Source: Verrucomicrobiota bacterium
GTDB taxonomy: Bacteria; Verrucomicrobiota; Verrucomicrobiia; Opitutales; Seribacteraceae
DNA: 64,000 bases
Assembly (NCBI GenBank): GCA_027622665.1
Contig: JAQBYT010000001.1
Location: forward strand, 288,001 to 352,000
Reading direction: 5' to 3'
Shown: in pieces, positions 1 through 10,503 of the stretch
Position numbering within the stretch: the first letter of the stretch is position 1
How the letters are laid out: every line of letters starts with the position of its first letter
Notes under the pieces: generated by a model
Databases searched by the model: none
The model's input: the letters and a program-made list of their open reading frames with translations, nothing else
What the model was told of the DNA's origin: nothing
Translations under genes and position numbers: made by a program

Positions 1-231
1 TGTGTGTGAAAATTCACCTAGTTTATGGCCTACCATATTTTCAGTTACATATACGGTAAGAAAGTTCTTTCCATTGTGAACGGCCAAATTAAGTCCGACG
101 AAATCAGGTGTAATTGTAGAGCGGCGCGACCAAGTCTTAATGGGTTTACGGTCGTCAGACTGCTGCGCCCTACGTACCTTTCTCTCCAAGCTTAGTTCGA
201 CGAAATATCCTTTTTTAATAGAGCGTGACAT
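1..231 (-). CDS. rpsS: 30S ribosomal protein S19 (partial, runs off window start)
   Basis: Manual translation from ATG at 231 gives [12 protein letters not shown]...[25 protein letters not shown]...[12 protein letters not shown]; follows rplB as in the S10 operon. Confidence 0.96.
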   Translation of the reverse strand, partial: MSRSIKKGYFVELSLERKVRRAQQSDDRKPIKTWSRRSTITPDFVGLNLAVHNGKNFLTVYVTENMVGHKLGEFSHT

Positions 232-257
232 GAAATTATATCGGTTTAAAGGGTAGT

Positions 258-1097
258 TTATCTCTTCTTTCGACCGTTGCAACGGACGAGTATCTGTGAA
301 TTTGAAGACTTTGACTTTTTCCGAGTCCGGAAGCCTTTTGAAAGTTGTCCCCATGGTGATGAAGGGTGACCGCCTCCGGAAGTTTTTCCCTCACCGCCAC
401 CCATGGGGTGATCGACAGGATTCATCGCGACTCCCCTAACTCGAGGACGACGACCTTTCCAACGATTTCGGCCTGCCTTCCCTATCGTGGTATTTTGATG
501 TTCAGAATTGCCAACTACACCTACCGTGGCACGACAGGTAGACTTAACTACCCGAATTTCTCCACTAGGCATTTTTAAAGTAGCATGGACGTCATCAATG
601 GACATGATTCGGACTCCAACTCCTGCGGAACGTGCGAATTTGGCACCAGAACCAGCTAGAAGCTCGACGCAATGTACCCTCGTACCAATTGGAATGAAAG
701 AAATTGGCATGGAGTTCCCAGGCTTAAAATCAATTTGCCCATTTGAACTTAAAAGAGTATCGCCAACTTCTACTCCTGAAGGTGCCGGTATGTAGCTTAA
801 AGTTCCATCCTCGTATTTGAGGAGAACGATGTGGGATGTTCTGTTTGGATCATATTCAATAGCTTCTACCGTAGCCGGAACATCGATGATCTGCCGACGG
901 AAATCAATAGTTCGATAAAGCCTTTTGTGCCCACCACCTCGACGACGGGAAGTAATGCGACCATAACTGTTACGACCCTTTTTGCGATGATGACCTTTCG
1001 TTAAGGAACGCTCGGGACGCTTGTCGGTAACCTCGGCTTTGTTGCGGACATAAAAACGCGAGGAGGGAGTTACGGGTTTATGATGTATGATGGCCAT
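258..1097 (-). CDS. rplB: 50S ribosomal protein L2
   Basis: [16 protein letters not shown] and [17 protein letters not shown] motifs. Confidence 0.99.
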   Translation of the reverse strand: MAIIHHKPVTPSSRFYVRNKAEVTDKRPERSLTKGHHRKKGRNSYGRITSRRRGGGHKRLYRTIDFRRQIIDVPATVEAIEYDPNRTSHIVLLKYEDGTLSYIPAPSGVEVGDTLLSSNGQIDFKPGNSMPISFIPIGTRVHCVELLAGSGAKFARSAGVGVRIMSIDDVHATLKMPSGEIRVVKSTCRATVGVVGNSEHQNTTIGKAGRNRWKGRRPRVRGVAMNPVDHPMGGGEGKTSGGGHPSSPWGQLSKGFRTRKKSKSSNSQILVRCNGRKKR

Positions 1098-1116
1098 TAT
1101 GAAAATTGTTTAGAGA

Positions 1117-1407
1117 TTAGGCCCCAAAATCTATCGCGTCGCCTTGCTTAAGGGTGACAATTGCTTTCTTCATGCCGCCCTTAGAGCCAAGCCGGTTGCG
1201 ACGAGTCCGGTCACGCTTAAGTTTTGGTTTCTGGTTTATGATGTTCACCTTTGTCACCGTGACGCCGAAGGTTCTTTCAACCGATTCGGAAACATTAGCC
1301 TTAGATGCTGCAGGGTGCACCTTGAACAAATATTTATTACTAGCAGAAAGCAATGTCGCTTTTTCGGTAAGCAATGCTTCTAGCAGAATGTCTGCAGGCT
1401 CACTCAT
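1117..1407 (-). CDS. rplW: 50S ribosomal protein L23
   Basis: TEKA...KYLFKV...KKAIVTL; lies between rplD and rplB. Confidence 0.97.
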   Translation of the reverse strand: MSEPADILLEALLTEKATLLSASNKYLFKVHPAASKANVSESVERTFGVTVTKVNIINQKPKLKRDRTRRNRLGSKGGMKKAIVTLKQGDAIDFGA

Positions 1408-2048
1408 TTGGATGCATCGTCCTTTCCTACTTTCGCTAATAAAACCTCGAGTCCACTAATACTAAAAATGACTTTGTCGGCTAAAACCAAATCCAATGGA
1501 CTCAGGTCTTGAGCTCTAGCGAGGGTAATCCGAGAAACATTACGAGCAGCAAAACCGAAGTTATCCTCGAATGCATCATCAACGATGAGAGAGCGTCGGG
1601 ATTCGGGTATTACCTTATCAATAACATCAGTAAAATGCTTTGTCTTAGCTTCAGAAACTTTCCACTCTTCAATAAGCGAAAGCTTACCCTCAGTAGATCC
1701 GTCAAACAATGCTCGAGCAAGTGCAAGACGTTTAGTTTTACGGTTTACTTTCTGATTGTATGAACGAGGTTTCGGCCCAAAAACCACACCGCCACCACGA
1801 CGCTGAACTGCTTTCTTGTCTCCTACACGGCCAGCACCCAATCCTTTTTGGCGTTGAATTTTCTTTCCGGAACCCCTGACTTCGCCTCGTGTTTTTGTTG
1901 ACGCGTTTCCTTGGCGTTTGTTCGACCGGATGGCTAAAATTGCTTGTCGAAGGGCATCGACTCCTTTGTTTTTTTCAAAATTCATGAAAGACGGGTAGTC
2001 TCGCTCACCGTCTTCGGTGCCGTCAGAAGTAAAATAAGGAAATTTCAT
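1404..2048 (-). CDS. rplD: 50S ribosomal protein L4
   Basis: RQGNASTKTRGEVRGSGKK...QKG...GGGVVFGPKPR. Confidence 0.98.
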   Translation of the reverse strand: MKFPYFTSDGTEDGERDYPSFMNFEKNKGVDALRQAILAIRSNKRQGNASTKTRGEVRGSGKKIQRQKGLGAGRVGDKKAVQRRGGGVVFGPKPRSYNQKVNRKTKRLALARALFDGSTEGKLSLIEEWKVSEAKTKHFTDVIDKVIPESRRSLIVDDAFEDNFGFAARNVSRITLARAQDLSPLDLVLADKVIFSISGLEVLLAKVGKDDASK

Positions 2049-2066
2049 TTAAACGAATAAATTGGT

Positions 2067-2717
2067 TCAGGATGCCTTACGAATTTTCTTCGCAACCCTA
2101 ACAGTGACTAAGGAGTTCTTGTGCCCAGGTACACTTCCCTTAAGTAGAATTATGTTTTTTTCTGGGATGATCTTGACGATTTTTAAGTTTTGAGTCGTAC
2201 GACTCTTATTGCCCATATGTCCAGGCATCTTTTTGTTCTTAAATACACGACCAGGCCATTGACAAAGGCCATAACTCCCACCGCGTCGATGGAACATCGA
2301 ACCATGTGAAGCAGGTCCTCCCTTGAAATTCCAACGCTTAACCACGCCTTGGAAACCTCGCCCTTTAGTTACGGCGATGACATCTACTGTTTCAATGTCT
2401 GAGAACTTCTCGACGGTTAATACATTCCCGGGTTCATATTCAGACGAATCCCCAATAATCGTAAATTCTTGCAATTTCTGCTGGTGTTCGACACCTGCCT
2501 TTGTCGCATGTCCCTTGGCAGGACGCGTTACCTTATTAGGTGATTTACCTTTGGGATTATAACCAATTTGTACGGAATCGTATCCGTCGTTAGCAGAGGT
2601 CTTAACCTGCAAAACAGGACAAGGACCAGCTTGTATGATGGTTACCGGGACGAGATTATTATCCTCGTCGTATACTTGGGTCATGCCAAGTTTTGTGCCT
2701 ATTAGTGCAAATGTCAT
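2067..2717 (-). CDS. rplC: 50S ribosomal protein L3
   Basis: KLGMTQ, KGRGFQGVVKRW, KKMPGHMG. Confidence 0.98.
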   Translation of the reverse strand: MTFALIGTKLGMTQVYDEDNNLVPVTIIQAGPCPVLQVKTSANDGYDSVQIGYNPKGKSPNKVTRPAKGHATKAGVEHQQKLQEFTIIGDSSEYEPGNVLTVEKFSDIETVDVIAVTKGRGFQGVVKRWNFKGGPASHGSMFHRRGGSYGLCQWPGRVFKNKKMPGHMGNKSRTTQNLKIVKIIPEKNIILLKGSVPGHKNSLVTVRVAKKIRKAS

Positions 2718-2767
2718 CTTTAAGCGGCAGGCGGGTTAATCCTTTAAGGTAATAACCTGCTTTAAAG
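2718..2767 (-). promoter_or_regulatory. Candidate RNA hairpin leader abutting the rplC start codon
   Basis: mRNA pairings CUUUAA/UUAAAG, GCAGG/CCUGC and inner GGUUA/UAACC; the 3' arm ends at the AUG. Confidence 0.45.
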
Positions 2768-2808
2768 TAAAGTTATTGTTTATATGATTCTAGAGAGATT
2801 AAAAAGAA

Positions 2809-3117
2809 CTAGATGTTAAGAGTGATTTCTACGCCTGCCGGAAGATTCAGTTTTTTCAACTCATCAACTGTTTGTACGGTGGGTTCGAGAATATCGATTA
2901 AGCGCTTGTGAGTTCGCAGTTCGAATTGATCCATAGACTTCTTGTCAACGTGCGGCGAGCGATTTACAGTGTAACGCTCAATGCGAGTGGGCATTGGGAT
3001 AGGACCAGCAACACGGGCACCTGTACGCTTGGCAGTATCGACAATATCAGACGCTGATTGATCGATCACTCTGTTGTCGAAACCTTTGAGTTTTATACGT
3101 ATACGTTGGCCAGTCAT
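2809..3117 (-). CDS. rpsJ: 30S ribosomal protein S10
   Basis: RIRIKLK...GPIPMPT...[20 protein letters not shown]. Confidence 0.99.
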   Translation of the reverse strand: MTGQRIRIKLKGFDNRVIDQSASDIVDTAKRTGARVAGPIPMPTRIERYTVNRSPHVDKKSMDQFELRTHKRLIDILEPTVQTVDELKKLNLPAGVEITLNI

Positions 3118-3158
3118 TGATATGATATACTACAGTCTATGGTACGGTTTGATGGAAA

Positions 3159-5315
3159 TTATGTTCGAGCAGGTTGGCGCGAAATCGAAGCCACCAACGT
3201 CTCGACCAGACTTTGGGGAACTTGCTCGAAGTGTAAAGGAGTCATAGAATAATCTGCTCGACCTGAAGAAAGTGAGCGCATATCGGTAGAGTAGCCAAAC
3301 ATCTGTTCAAGAGGAACATGAGATTCAAGCACGCATAAATTCCCTCGACTCTCCATGCCTTGAATTTGTCCTCGACGACGATTCAAGTCACCCATCAACT
3401 CTCCTTGATATTCTTCAGGAGTAGTGACCTCAACCTTCATAATAGGCTCCAAAAGGATAGGGTTAGCTTTTTTCATTGCATCCTTCAAAGCAAAGATGCC
3501 AGCCATCTTAAAGGCCATTTCAGAGGAGTCGACGTCGTGAAAAGTTCCATCGACGAGAGTTACCTTAATATCGATCACGGGGTATCCTGCCACAACTCCG
3601 TTGAGGGCTGCCTCGGTTATACCATCAAAAGTAGGCTTGATAAACTCTTTCGGAATGCTTCCTCCAACAATTTTATTCTCCAGTTCGATACCCTTTCCTT
3701 TTTCATTGGGTTCCAGTTTTATGACAGCGTGACCATATTGTCCACGACCACCGGATTGACGAACAAACTTTCCGACACCCTCAGATGACGTTAAAATAGT
3801 TTCGCGGTAAGCAATTTGCGGTTTCCCTGCAGTAGCTTGTACTTTAAATTCACGAAACAAACGGTCACGAATGATATCAAGGTGTAATTCCCCCATCCCC
3901 GAGATGATTGTCTGTCCGGTTTCTTCGTTAGAAGTAAGGGTAAAAGTAGGATCTTCTTCCGCTAAACGCTGAAGGCCAATAGACATCTTCTCCTGATCGG
4001 CCTTTGTTGCGGGTTCGATAGACATGGAAATAACTGGATCCGGAAAAGTAGGTGGTTCAAGTCGTATATCCAAATCGCGATCAGCAAGGGTGTCTCCCGT
4101 AACAACATTTTTCACGCCGATTAGGGCACATATGTCGCCAGAATATGCTGTTTCTATGTCCTCGCGATCATTTGATTTCATTATCATCAAGCGAGAGATC
4201 CTCTCCGACTTGCGGGTGCGCGGATTATACAGAGTAGAACCCTTTCGAAGACAACCTTGGTAAACCCGATAAAAAACTAATTTACCGACATAAGGATCCG
4301 ACATCAATTTGAATGCTAGACCCGCAACTTTTCCATTGTCGTTTGGATAAACTTCAGCTTCATTCCCATCTGAGTCTTGTCCCTTCGTTGGTGGCAAATC
4401 AAGAGGAGACGGAAGGTAATCGACAACCGCATCCATAAGCATTTGAACACCTTTGTTCTTGAAGGCGCTACCTGGAATGACACCTACAAATTTAAGGGTG
4501 AGAGTAGCCTTACGAATACCGAACTTTAATTCATGTTCAGATATATCAATACCATCAAGATACTTGGATGCAATATCGTCATCAAAGTCTGAAATGGCCT
4601 CGATGAGAGTCTCCCTGTACTCATTCGCTTGTTCAATGAACTCCTCAGGAATAGCAACAACATCAAATTTAACTCCGCTAACATCGCTTGCGTCGTAAAT
4701 ACAAGCATTCATTTTAACCAAGTCAATAAGACCCCTGAATTGATCCTCGGCACCAATGGGCAGATAAAGCGGATGAGCGTTCGCTCCGAGTTTATCTCTC
4801 AAAGTGCGGACGGCATGCAAAAAGTCAGAGCCCATGCGATCCATTTTATTTATGAAACCGATGCGAGGCACACTGTACTTGTCCATCTGCCTCCAAACCG
4901 TTTCTGACTGAGGCTGAACTCCTTCAACAGAGGTAAAGACGGCAACTGCACCATCAAGTACACGGAGAGACCGTTCAACTTCTGCCGTAAAATCTACATG
5001 TCCCGGAGTATCAATAATGTTAATGCGGTGAGACTGTTCAGCAAATGGCCCATCTTTTGTGCTCCATTCACAAGAGATCGCTGCAGATGTTATTGTAATT
5101 CCGCGCTCACGTTCTTGCTCCATCCAATCAGTGGTCGCACACCCATCATGCACTTCACCGAGTTGATGAACCACACCTGTATAAAAAAGAACTCTTTCAG
5201 TTAATGTAGTTTTACCTGCATCAATGTGAGCGGCAATACCTATATTCCTTGTACACTCTAGAGTACGAGGTCTATCAGGCGAATTTACCAGAGAATTATC
5301 TGTCGTGGAACTCAT
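3159..5315 (-). CDS. fusA: Elongation factor G
   Basis: [36 protein letters not shown]; follows rpsG. Confidence 0.99.
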   Translation of the reverse strand: MSSTTDNSLVNSPDRPRTLECTRNIGIAAHIDAGKTTLTERVLFYTGVVHQLGEVHDGCATTDWMEQERERGITITSAAISCEWSTKDGPFAEQSHRINIIDTPGHVDFTAEVERSLRVLDGAVAVFTSVEGVQPQSETVWRQMDKYSVPRIGFINKMDRMGSDFLHAVRTLRDKLGANAHPLYLPIGAEDQFRGLIDLVKMNACIYDASDVSGVKFDVVAIPEEFIEQANEYRETLIEAISDFDDDIASKYLDGIDISEHELKFGIRKATLTLKFVGVIPGSAFKNKGVQMLMDAVVDYLPSPLDLPPTKGQDSDGNEAEVYPNDNGKVAGLAFKLMSDPYVGKLVFYRVYQGCLRKGSTLYNPRTRKSERISRLMIMKSNDREDIETAYSGDICALIGVKNVVTGDTLADRDLDIRLEPPTFPDPVISMSIEPATKADQEKMSIGLQRLAEEDPTFTLTSNEETGQTIISGMGELHLDIIRDRLFREFKVQATAGKPQIAYRETILTSSEGVGKFVRQSGGRGQYGHAVIKLEPNEKGKGIELENKIVGGSIPKEFIKPTFDGITEAALNGVVAGYPVIDIKVTLVDGTFHDVDSSEMAFKMAGIFALKDAMKKANPILLEPIMKVEVTTPEEYQGELMGDLNRRRGQIQGMESRGNLCVLESHVPLEQMFGYSTDMRSLSSGRADYSMTPLHFEQVPQSLVETLVASISRQPART

Positions 5316-5359
5316 TGATAAAAGTTAGTGAAAATAATAGCAGACAGAGGAATATTGTA

Positions 5360-5833
5360 TCACCACCTAAGGTGAGCAAATGCTCGATTGGCTTGTGCCA
5401 TACGATGCTGTTCTTCCTTTTTCTTCACTACGCTCCCTGCATTATTGTATGCATCGATAAGTTCGTTTGCCAAAGCTTCGCGCATCGGTACTCCTTTACG
5501 AGAACCTGCAGCACGTACGACCCAACGAAAAGCTACACTCTGCTGTCGCTCAAAATGCACTTCCATGGGCACTTGGTAGGTTGCTCCACCAACTCGACGA
5601 CTTTTGACTTCAATTTTGGGTCGTATATTCTCAAGTGCTCCCAGTACCAACTCTACTGGATTACCCTTGCCAATTTTTTCCGCCATCAATTCGATCGCAC
5701 CATACACGATACCTTGAGCAGTAGACTTTTTCCCGTCCCGCATGATCATATTAATCAGTGACCCGATTATTATGCTCCCGTGCAGGGGGTCGGGTAAGGG
5801 AATACGTTTAGTTGCTCTTCTGCGGCGGGACAT
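5360..5833 (-). CDS. rpsG: 30S ribosomal protein S7
   Basis: EVKSRRVGGATYQVP, HRMAQANRAFAH. Confidence 0.99.
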   Translation of the reverse strand: MSRRRRATKRIPLPDPLHGSIIIGSLINMIMRDGKKSTAQGIVYGAIELMAEKIGKGNPVELVLGALENIRPKIEVKSRRVGGATYQVPMEVHFERQQSVAFRWVVRAAGSRKGVPMREALANELIDAYNNAGSVVKKKEEQHRMAQANRAFAHLRW

Positions 5834-5872
5834 ATTGCTAAATCTGAGTTAAAAAAGAAAAGTTAGGGCAAA

Positions 5873-6256
5873 TTAGGATTTCTTTTCCCTAGGCCGTTTT
5901 ACTCCGTACTTTGATCTACTGCGACGACGCTTTTCCACTCCCTGACAATCCAAAGTGCCCCTTACGATATGATAGCGAACTCCATTGAGATCCTTTACGC
6001 GACCGCCTCGCACAAGCACAATGCTGTGCTCTTGCAGGTTGTGACCTTCGTCCGGAATGTATGCAATTACCTCTAACCCGGTGGTAAGGCGCACTTTTGC
6101 GACCTTTCGAATTGCAGAGTTAGGTTTCTTAGGGGTACGAGTAGTAACCTGAACACAAACGCCCCTGCGGAAAGGACAAGCCTTAAGAGCCGGAGACTTT
6201 GTCTTTACCTTCTTAGCTTTTCGTCCTTTACGGACTAGCTGATTGATTGTGGGCAT
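5873..6256 (-). CDS. rpsL: 30S ribosomal protein S12
   Basis: [31 protein letters not shown]. Confidence 0.99.
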   Translation of the reverse strand: MPTINQLVRKGRKAKKVKTKSPALKACPFRRGVCVQVTTRTPKKPNSAIRKVAKVRLTTGLEVIAYIPDEGHNLQEHSIVLVRGGRVKDLNGVRYHIVRGTLDCQGVEKRRRSRSKYGVKRPREKKS

Positions 6257-6351
6257 TGGAGTGTTGAGAAAAGCGGTTGTTTATATCAGGTTGTTATAAT
6301 CTTACCAGCTTTTTTTCTGTAAATTTGCAAAAAACTTAAAACAGAGGGTCT

Positions 6352-9300
6352 TCAAGCAGTCTTTCCCTCAGCTGCAGGAACTGAGCCGAGAGTATCTATT
6401 TTCAGGCGACGCCATTTAGGCAAACCTGTTCCGGCAGGAATGAGATGCCCCATAATAACATTTTCCTTGAACCCTCGTAGGTCGTCCACTTTGCCAAGAG
6501 TAGCAGCGGTTGTTAAAACACGCGTTGTTTCCTGAAAGGATGCTGCAGAGATAAAACTGTCCGTTTCCAATGAAGCCTTGGTTATGCCGAGAAGAATGGG
6601 TTCGCCGTCAGCTGGTTTGCCACCCTTTTCGACAATTTCTTCATTTGCATCCATAAATGCGAAGCGGTCGATCTGGTCTCCCCAGAAATATTCAGTGTCG
6701 CCGGGATCGGTAATCCGCACCTTGAATAGCATTCGAGAAATTATTACCTCAAGGTGCTTGTCGTTGATCGTGACCCCTTGTAGTCGATAAACTTTCTGAA
6801 TTTCCTCGATGAGATATTCCTGCACTGCAGAAGGTCCGAGGATATCTAAAATCTCTTGCGGATCCTTGGCCCCATCTGTGACGAGTTGACCCTTGTACGC
6901 AATGTCGCCCGGTTGAACTAACACATGCTTTCCGTGGGGAATAAGATGCTCTTCGACTTGTCCGCTTTCCTCATTCGTGATCAATAGACGCTTTTTAGAC
7001 CGTAAGGTTCCTGCCTCAGAAACAATTCCGTCGATTTTTGCCATTTGTCCAGCATTGTTTTCTTTGGGTCGACGAGCTTCAAAAAGTTCAGCGACTCGAG
7101 GCAATCCTCCGGTGATGTCCTGGGTCTTGGCAGCTTGGCGTGGAGTTTTTGCAATAATCGAACCGGCATCGATACGAGTACCCTCGTCAACGGAAATCTG
7201 TGCACCTGTTGGAATGGAATAGGTGGCTATAACCTTACCTTTTTCATCGTGAATCTCAACTTGAGGATTAAGATCTTTCTTGTGCTCTATAACAACCATC
7301 GCAGTACCACCTGAGGCATCGCGTTCCCCCTTTGTGGTAACTCCGGGTATCATATCCATGTAAGCAACTACGCCCTGCTTTTCTGAAAGAATCGGAATGT
7401 TGTAAGGATCCCATTGAGCAAGAAGATCATCAGCTTGAACCTCGTCATCCTGTTTGAAATGAAGCAGTGCTCCTGCAGGTACGGGATAATCGTCTAGCAC
7501 TCGATCGTCTTCGTCCCGGACCTGAATCGAACCAGTTTTATTCAGGGTTACTTGCTGTCCATTTTCGAGAGTAACTAGTCGTAATCCGCGGAAATGCAAT
7601 TTACCCGCGCTGCGACCATTGATAACAGGATCTTCACGCCCCGCACTTGCAATGCCTCCGATATGAAAGGTGCGCATGGTCAACTGTGTTCCGGGCTCTC
7701 CAATTGATTGAGCCGCAATGATTCCAATAGCTGCCCCTTCCACAACTAACTTATTGGTGGACGGATCGATCCCGTATTCAAGGGCCGAAATGCCATTTTT
7801 CAAACGGGTGGAAAACGGCGACAGAATGCGAACTCTTAAAATTCCACTGGAATCGATTTTTTCGGCAATTTCCTCGGTGATCAAATCACCCGAGCAAACG
7901 ATTAATTCGGAAGGATTGGATGGGTTTGGGATATCTTCGGAGGAGTATCGACCCGTGATACGCTGACGCAGAGGAACAATTTCATTATCACCATCCACAA
8001 TGGCTTTCTTCCAGACACCGTCACGACGCCCATCATCATTACATTCAATGATGGTATCCATCGCCACATCGCACAATTTGCGAGTCAGGTAGCCTGCATC
8101 CGCAGTCTTGAGAGCAGTATCAGCCAAACCCTTACGAGCTCCATGAGTTGACATGAAATATTCCAGTACAGACAAACCTTCACGAAAAGAGGAAAGAATG
8201 GGTTGCTCTATGATCTCACCTGAAGGTTTGGCCATAAGTCCGCGCATGCCACAAAGTTGGCGAACTTGCTGACGATTGCCACGGGCGCCCGAATCCATCA
8301 TTAAAAATACGGGGTTTATAGTATCTTTTCCTTGGTTTTCCTCTAAGCAATTGTAAACTTCTTTAGCAATATCATCCGTAGCGTTGGTCCAGACGTCTAT
8401 TATTTTGTTGTGGCGTTCACCGCGCGTAATAATCCCCTTTTTGAATTGATCTTCAACCTTATCGATTTCCTTACGAGCTTTTACGATTTTCTCTTCCTTT
8501 GTCGGAGGAATAATCATATCGAAAATACCGATTGATATTCCCGCTTTAGTAGCATACTCGAAGCCCAATTCTTTTAGGCGGTCGAGAGAAGCAACAGTCT
8601 CCTCTTTTCCCAACGCCTTAAAGGTCTCAAGGATCAAATCGCCCACACCGCCCTTAAGGGCCGGTTCATTAAAAAATCCGAGTTCCTTTGGCCAAATAGT
8701 ATTAAAGAGCACACGGCCCACTGTCGTCCGGATAATGCTTTTTCCACTTATCCCGAAAATTGTATCTCGTCCTTTGTCGGGATTGCTCAAATCGATCCAG
8801 TCGTGAAGCTTCAAAGCTCCCTCATGCATAGCGGTTAGAGCTTCTTCGAAAGAGGCGATAAGGGGTAACCGAGCACCCTCATCGGGCTCTTCGCCACGTG
8901 GATTCATCGAGAGATAATATGATCCAAGAACAATATCCTGAGAAGGCGTAAGTATAGGCTTGCCGCTTGATGGAGAAAAGATGTTGTGTGTAGAAAGCAT
9001 CAAGAGCTTGGCTTCCATGATAGCCTCCAGAGACAGCGGCACGTGTACGGCCATCTGATCCCCATCGAAATCCGCATTGTAAGGCGTGCACACCAAGGGG
9101 TGAATCCGTATGGCGTTACCTTCGATTAAGACTGGCTCGAAGGCTTGAACGGAAAGGCGGTGAAGGGTAGGGGCACGATTTAACAAAACGGGATGACCCT
9201 TGGTCACCTCTTCAAGTATGTCCCAAACCTCAGGGGACTTACCCTCGATCATTTTGCGAGCACCTCTGACCGTATGGACAAAACCAAGCTCCTTGAGCCG

Positions 9301-10449
9301 ACGAATAATGAAAGGTTCGAAAAGGGTGAGAGCCATTTTTTTCGGCAACCCGCACTGGTGAAGCTTCAGTTCCGGACCAATCACGATTACTGAACGTCCG
9401 GAATAATCTACACGCTTACCCAAAAGGTTTTGCCGAAATCGGCCCTGCTTACCCTTCAGCATGTCGCTCATTGATTTCAGTGCCCTATTGCCGGAACCAG
9501 TAATTGCGCGCCCATGCCGACCGTTGTCAAAAAGAGCATCCACCGCCTCTTGAAGCATACGCTTTTCGTTATGAATGATAACGTCCGGAGTCTTAAGTTG
9601 AAGAAGGTTTTTCAGGCGGTTGTTACGATTAATAACCCTCCGATAAAGATCATTGAGATCACTGGTCGCAAAACGCCCCCCCTCTAGGGGGACAAGAGGC
9701 CTCAGGTCTGGAGGTATTACCGGTATGGTTTCCAAAATCATCCACTCGGGTTGTGCTCCTGAAGAAATGAACCCTTGAATGATTTTTAGTCGGTGAGAGA
9801 GCTTTTTCTTGATCTGCTTAGACTTGGTTTCGTGCATTTGCTCATACAGTTCCTCAAGCGATTCTTCCAAATCCATACGAGAAAGTACATCCATGAGAGC
9901 CTCTGCACCCATCTTGGCCTCGAATTCATCGCCATACTCGTCGCAAGCTTCATGAAACTCTCTATCCGATAATAATTGCTTCTCTTCCAGGGGGGTGGTT
10001 CCGGCGTCAGTTACCATGTATTGCTCATAATACAGAACTCTCTCGAGGCTCTTGGCTGTCATGTTCATCAACAGACCAAGTCGGCTAGGCATACTCTTGA
10101 GAAACCAAATGTGGGAAACTGGTACGGCTAATTCGATATTTCCCATACGCTCACGCCGAACACGAGAAACAGTTACCTCGACACCACAACGATCACACAC
10201 CACACCTTTGTACTTGATGCGTTTGTATTTTCCACAGGCACATTCGTAGTCGCGCACGGGACCAAATATCTTTTGACAAAAAAGACCGCCAGGCTCGGGC
10301 TTAAAGGTCCGATAGTTTATTGTCTCGGGATTCTTTACCTCGCCTCGAGCCCATGATCGGATTACGTCCGGGGAGGCAACAGTAATGGATACTCGATCCA
10401 TGGGTCCAACTTCTATTCCGAGAGCTTCTTTGGCTGCATCGACGCTCAT
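6352..10449 (-). CDS. rpoC: DNA-directed RNA polymerase subunit beta'
   Basis: Catalytic [13 protein letters not shown]-terminal CACGK/CDRC zinc finger, [15 protein letters not shown]-like AAAGGAG upstream. Confidence 0.99.
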   Translation of the reverse strand: MSVDAAKEALGIEVGPMDRVSITVASPDVIRSWARGEVKNPETINYRTFKPEPGGLFCQKIFGPVRDYECACGKYKRIKYKGVVCDRCGVEVTVSRVRRERMGNIELAVPVSHIWFLKSMPSRLGLLMNMTAKSLERVLYYEQYMVTDAGTTPLEEKQLLSDREFHEACDEYGDEFEAKMGAEALMDVLSRMDLEESLEELYEQMHETKSKQIKKKLSHRLKIIQGFISSGAQPEWMILETIPVIPPDLRPLVPLEGGRFATSDLNDLYRRVINRNNRLKNLLQLKTPDVIIHNEKRMLQEAVDALFDNGRHGRAITGSGNRALKSMSDMLKGKQGRFRQNLLGKRVDYSGRSVIVIGPELKLHQCGLPKKMALTLFEPFIIRRLKELGFVHTVRGARKMIEGKSPEVWDILEEVTKGHPVLLNRAPTLHRLSVQAFEPVLIEGNAIRIHPLVCTPYNADFDGDQMAVHVPLSLEAIMEAKLLMLSTHNIFSPSSGKPILTPSQDIVLGSYYLSMNPRGEEPDEGARLPLIASFEEALTAMHEGALKLHDWIDLSNPDKGRDTIFGISGKSIIRTTVGRVLFNTIWPKELGFFNEPALKGGVGDLILETFKALGKEETVASLDRLKELGFEYATKAGISIGIFDMIIPPTKEEKIVKARKEIDKVEDQFKKGIITRGERHNKIIDVWTNATDDIAKEVYNCLEENQGKDTINPVFLMMDSGARGNRQQVRQLCGMRGLMAKPSGEIIEQPILSSFREGLSVLEYFMSTHGARKGLADTALKTADAGYLTRKLCDVAMDTIIECNDDGRRDGVWKKAIVDGDNEIVPLRQRITGRYSSEDIPNPSNPSELIVCSGDLITEEIAEKIDSSGILRVRILSPFSTRLKNGISALEYGIDPSTNKLVVEGAAIGIIAAQSIGEPGTQLTMRTFHIGGIASAGREDPVINGRSAGKLHFRGLRLVTLENGQQVTLNKTGSIQVRDEDDRVLDDYPVPAGALLHFKQDDEVQADDLLAQWDPYNIPILSEKQGVVAYMDMIPGVTTKGERDASGGTAMVVIEHKKDLNPQVEIHDEKGKVIATYSIPTGAQISVDEGTRIDAGSIIAKTPRQAAKTQDITGGLPRVAELFEARRPKENNAGQMAKIDGIVSEAGTLRSKKRLLITNEESGQVEEHLIPHGKHVLVQPGDIAYKGQLVTDGAKDPQEILDILGPSAVQEYLIEEIQKVYRLQGVTINDKHLEVIISRMLFKVRITDPGDTEYFWGDQIDRFAFMDANEEIVEKGGKPADGEPILLGITKASLETDSFISAASFQETTRVLTTAATLGKVDDLRGFKENVIMGHLIPAGTGLPKWRRLKIDTLGSVPAAEGKTA

Positions 10450-10503
10450 ATTGAGAACTCCTTTGTGATTTGTGAAATAAAATTAAGCGGGTAGGGGACA
10501 GTA

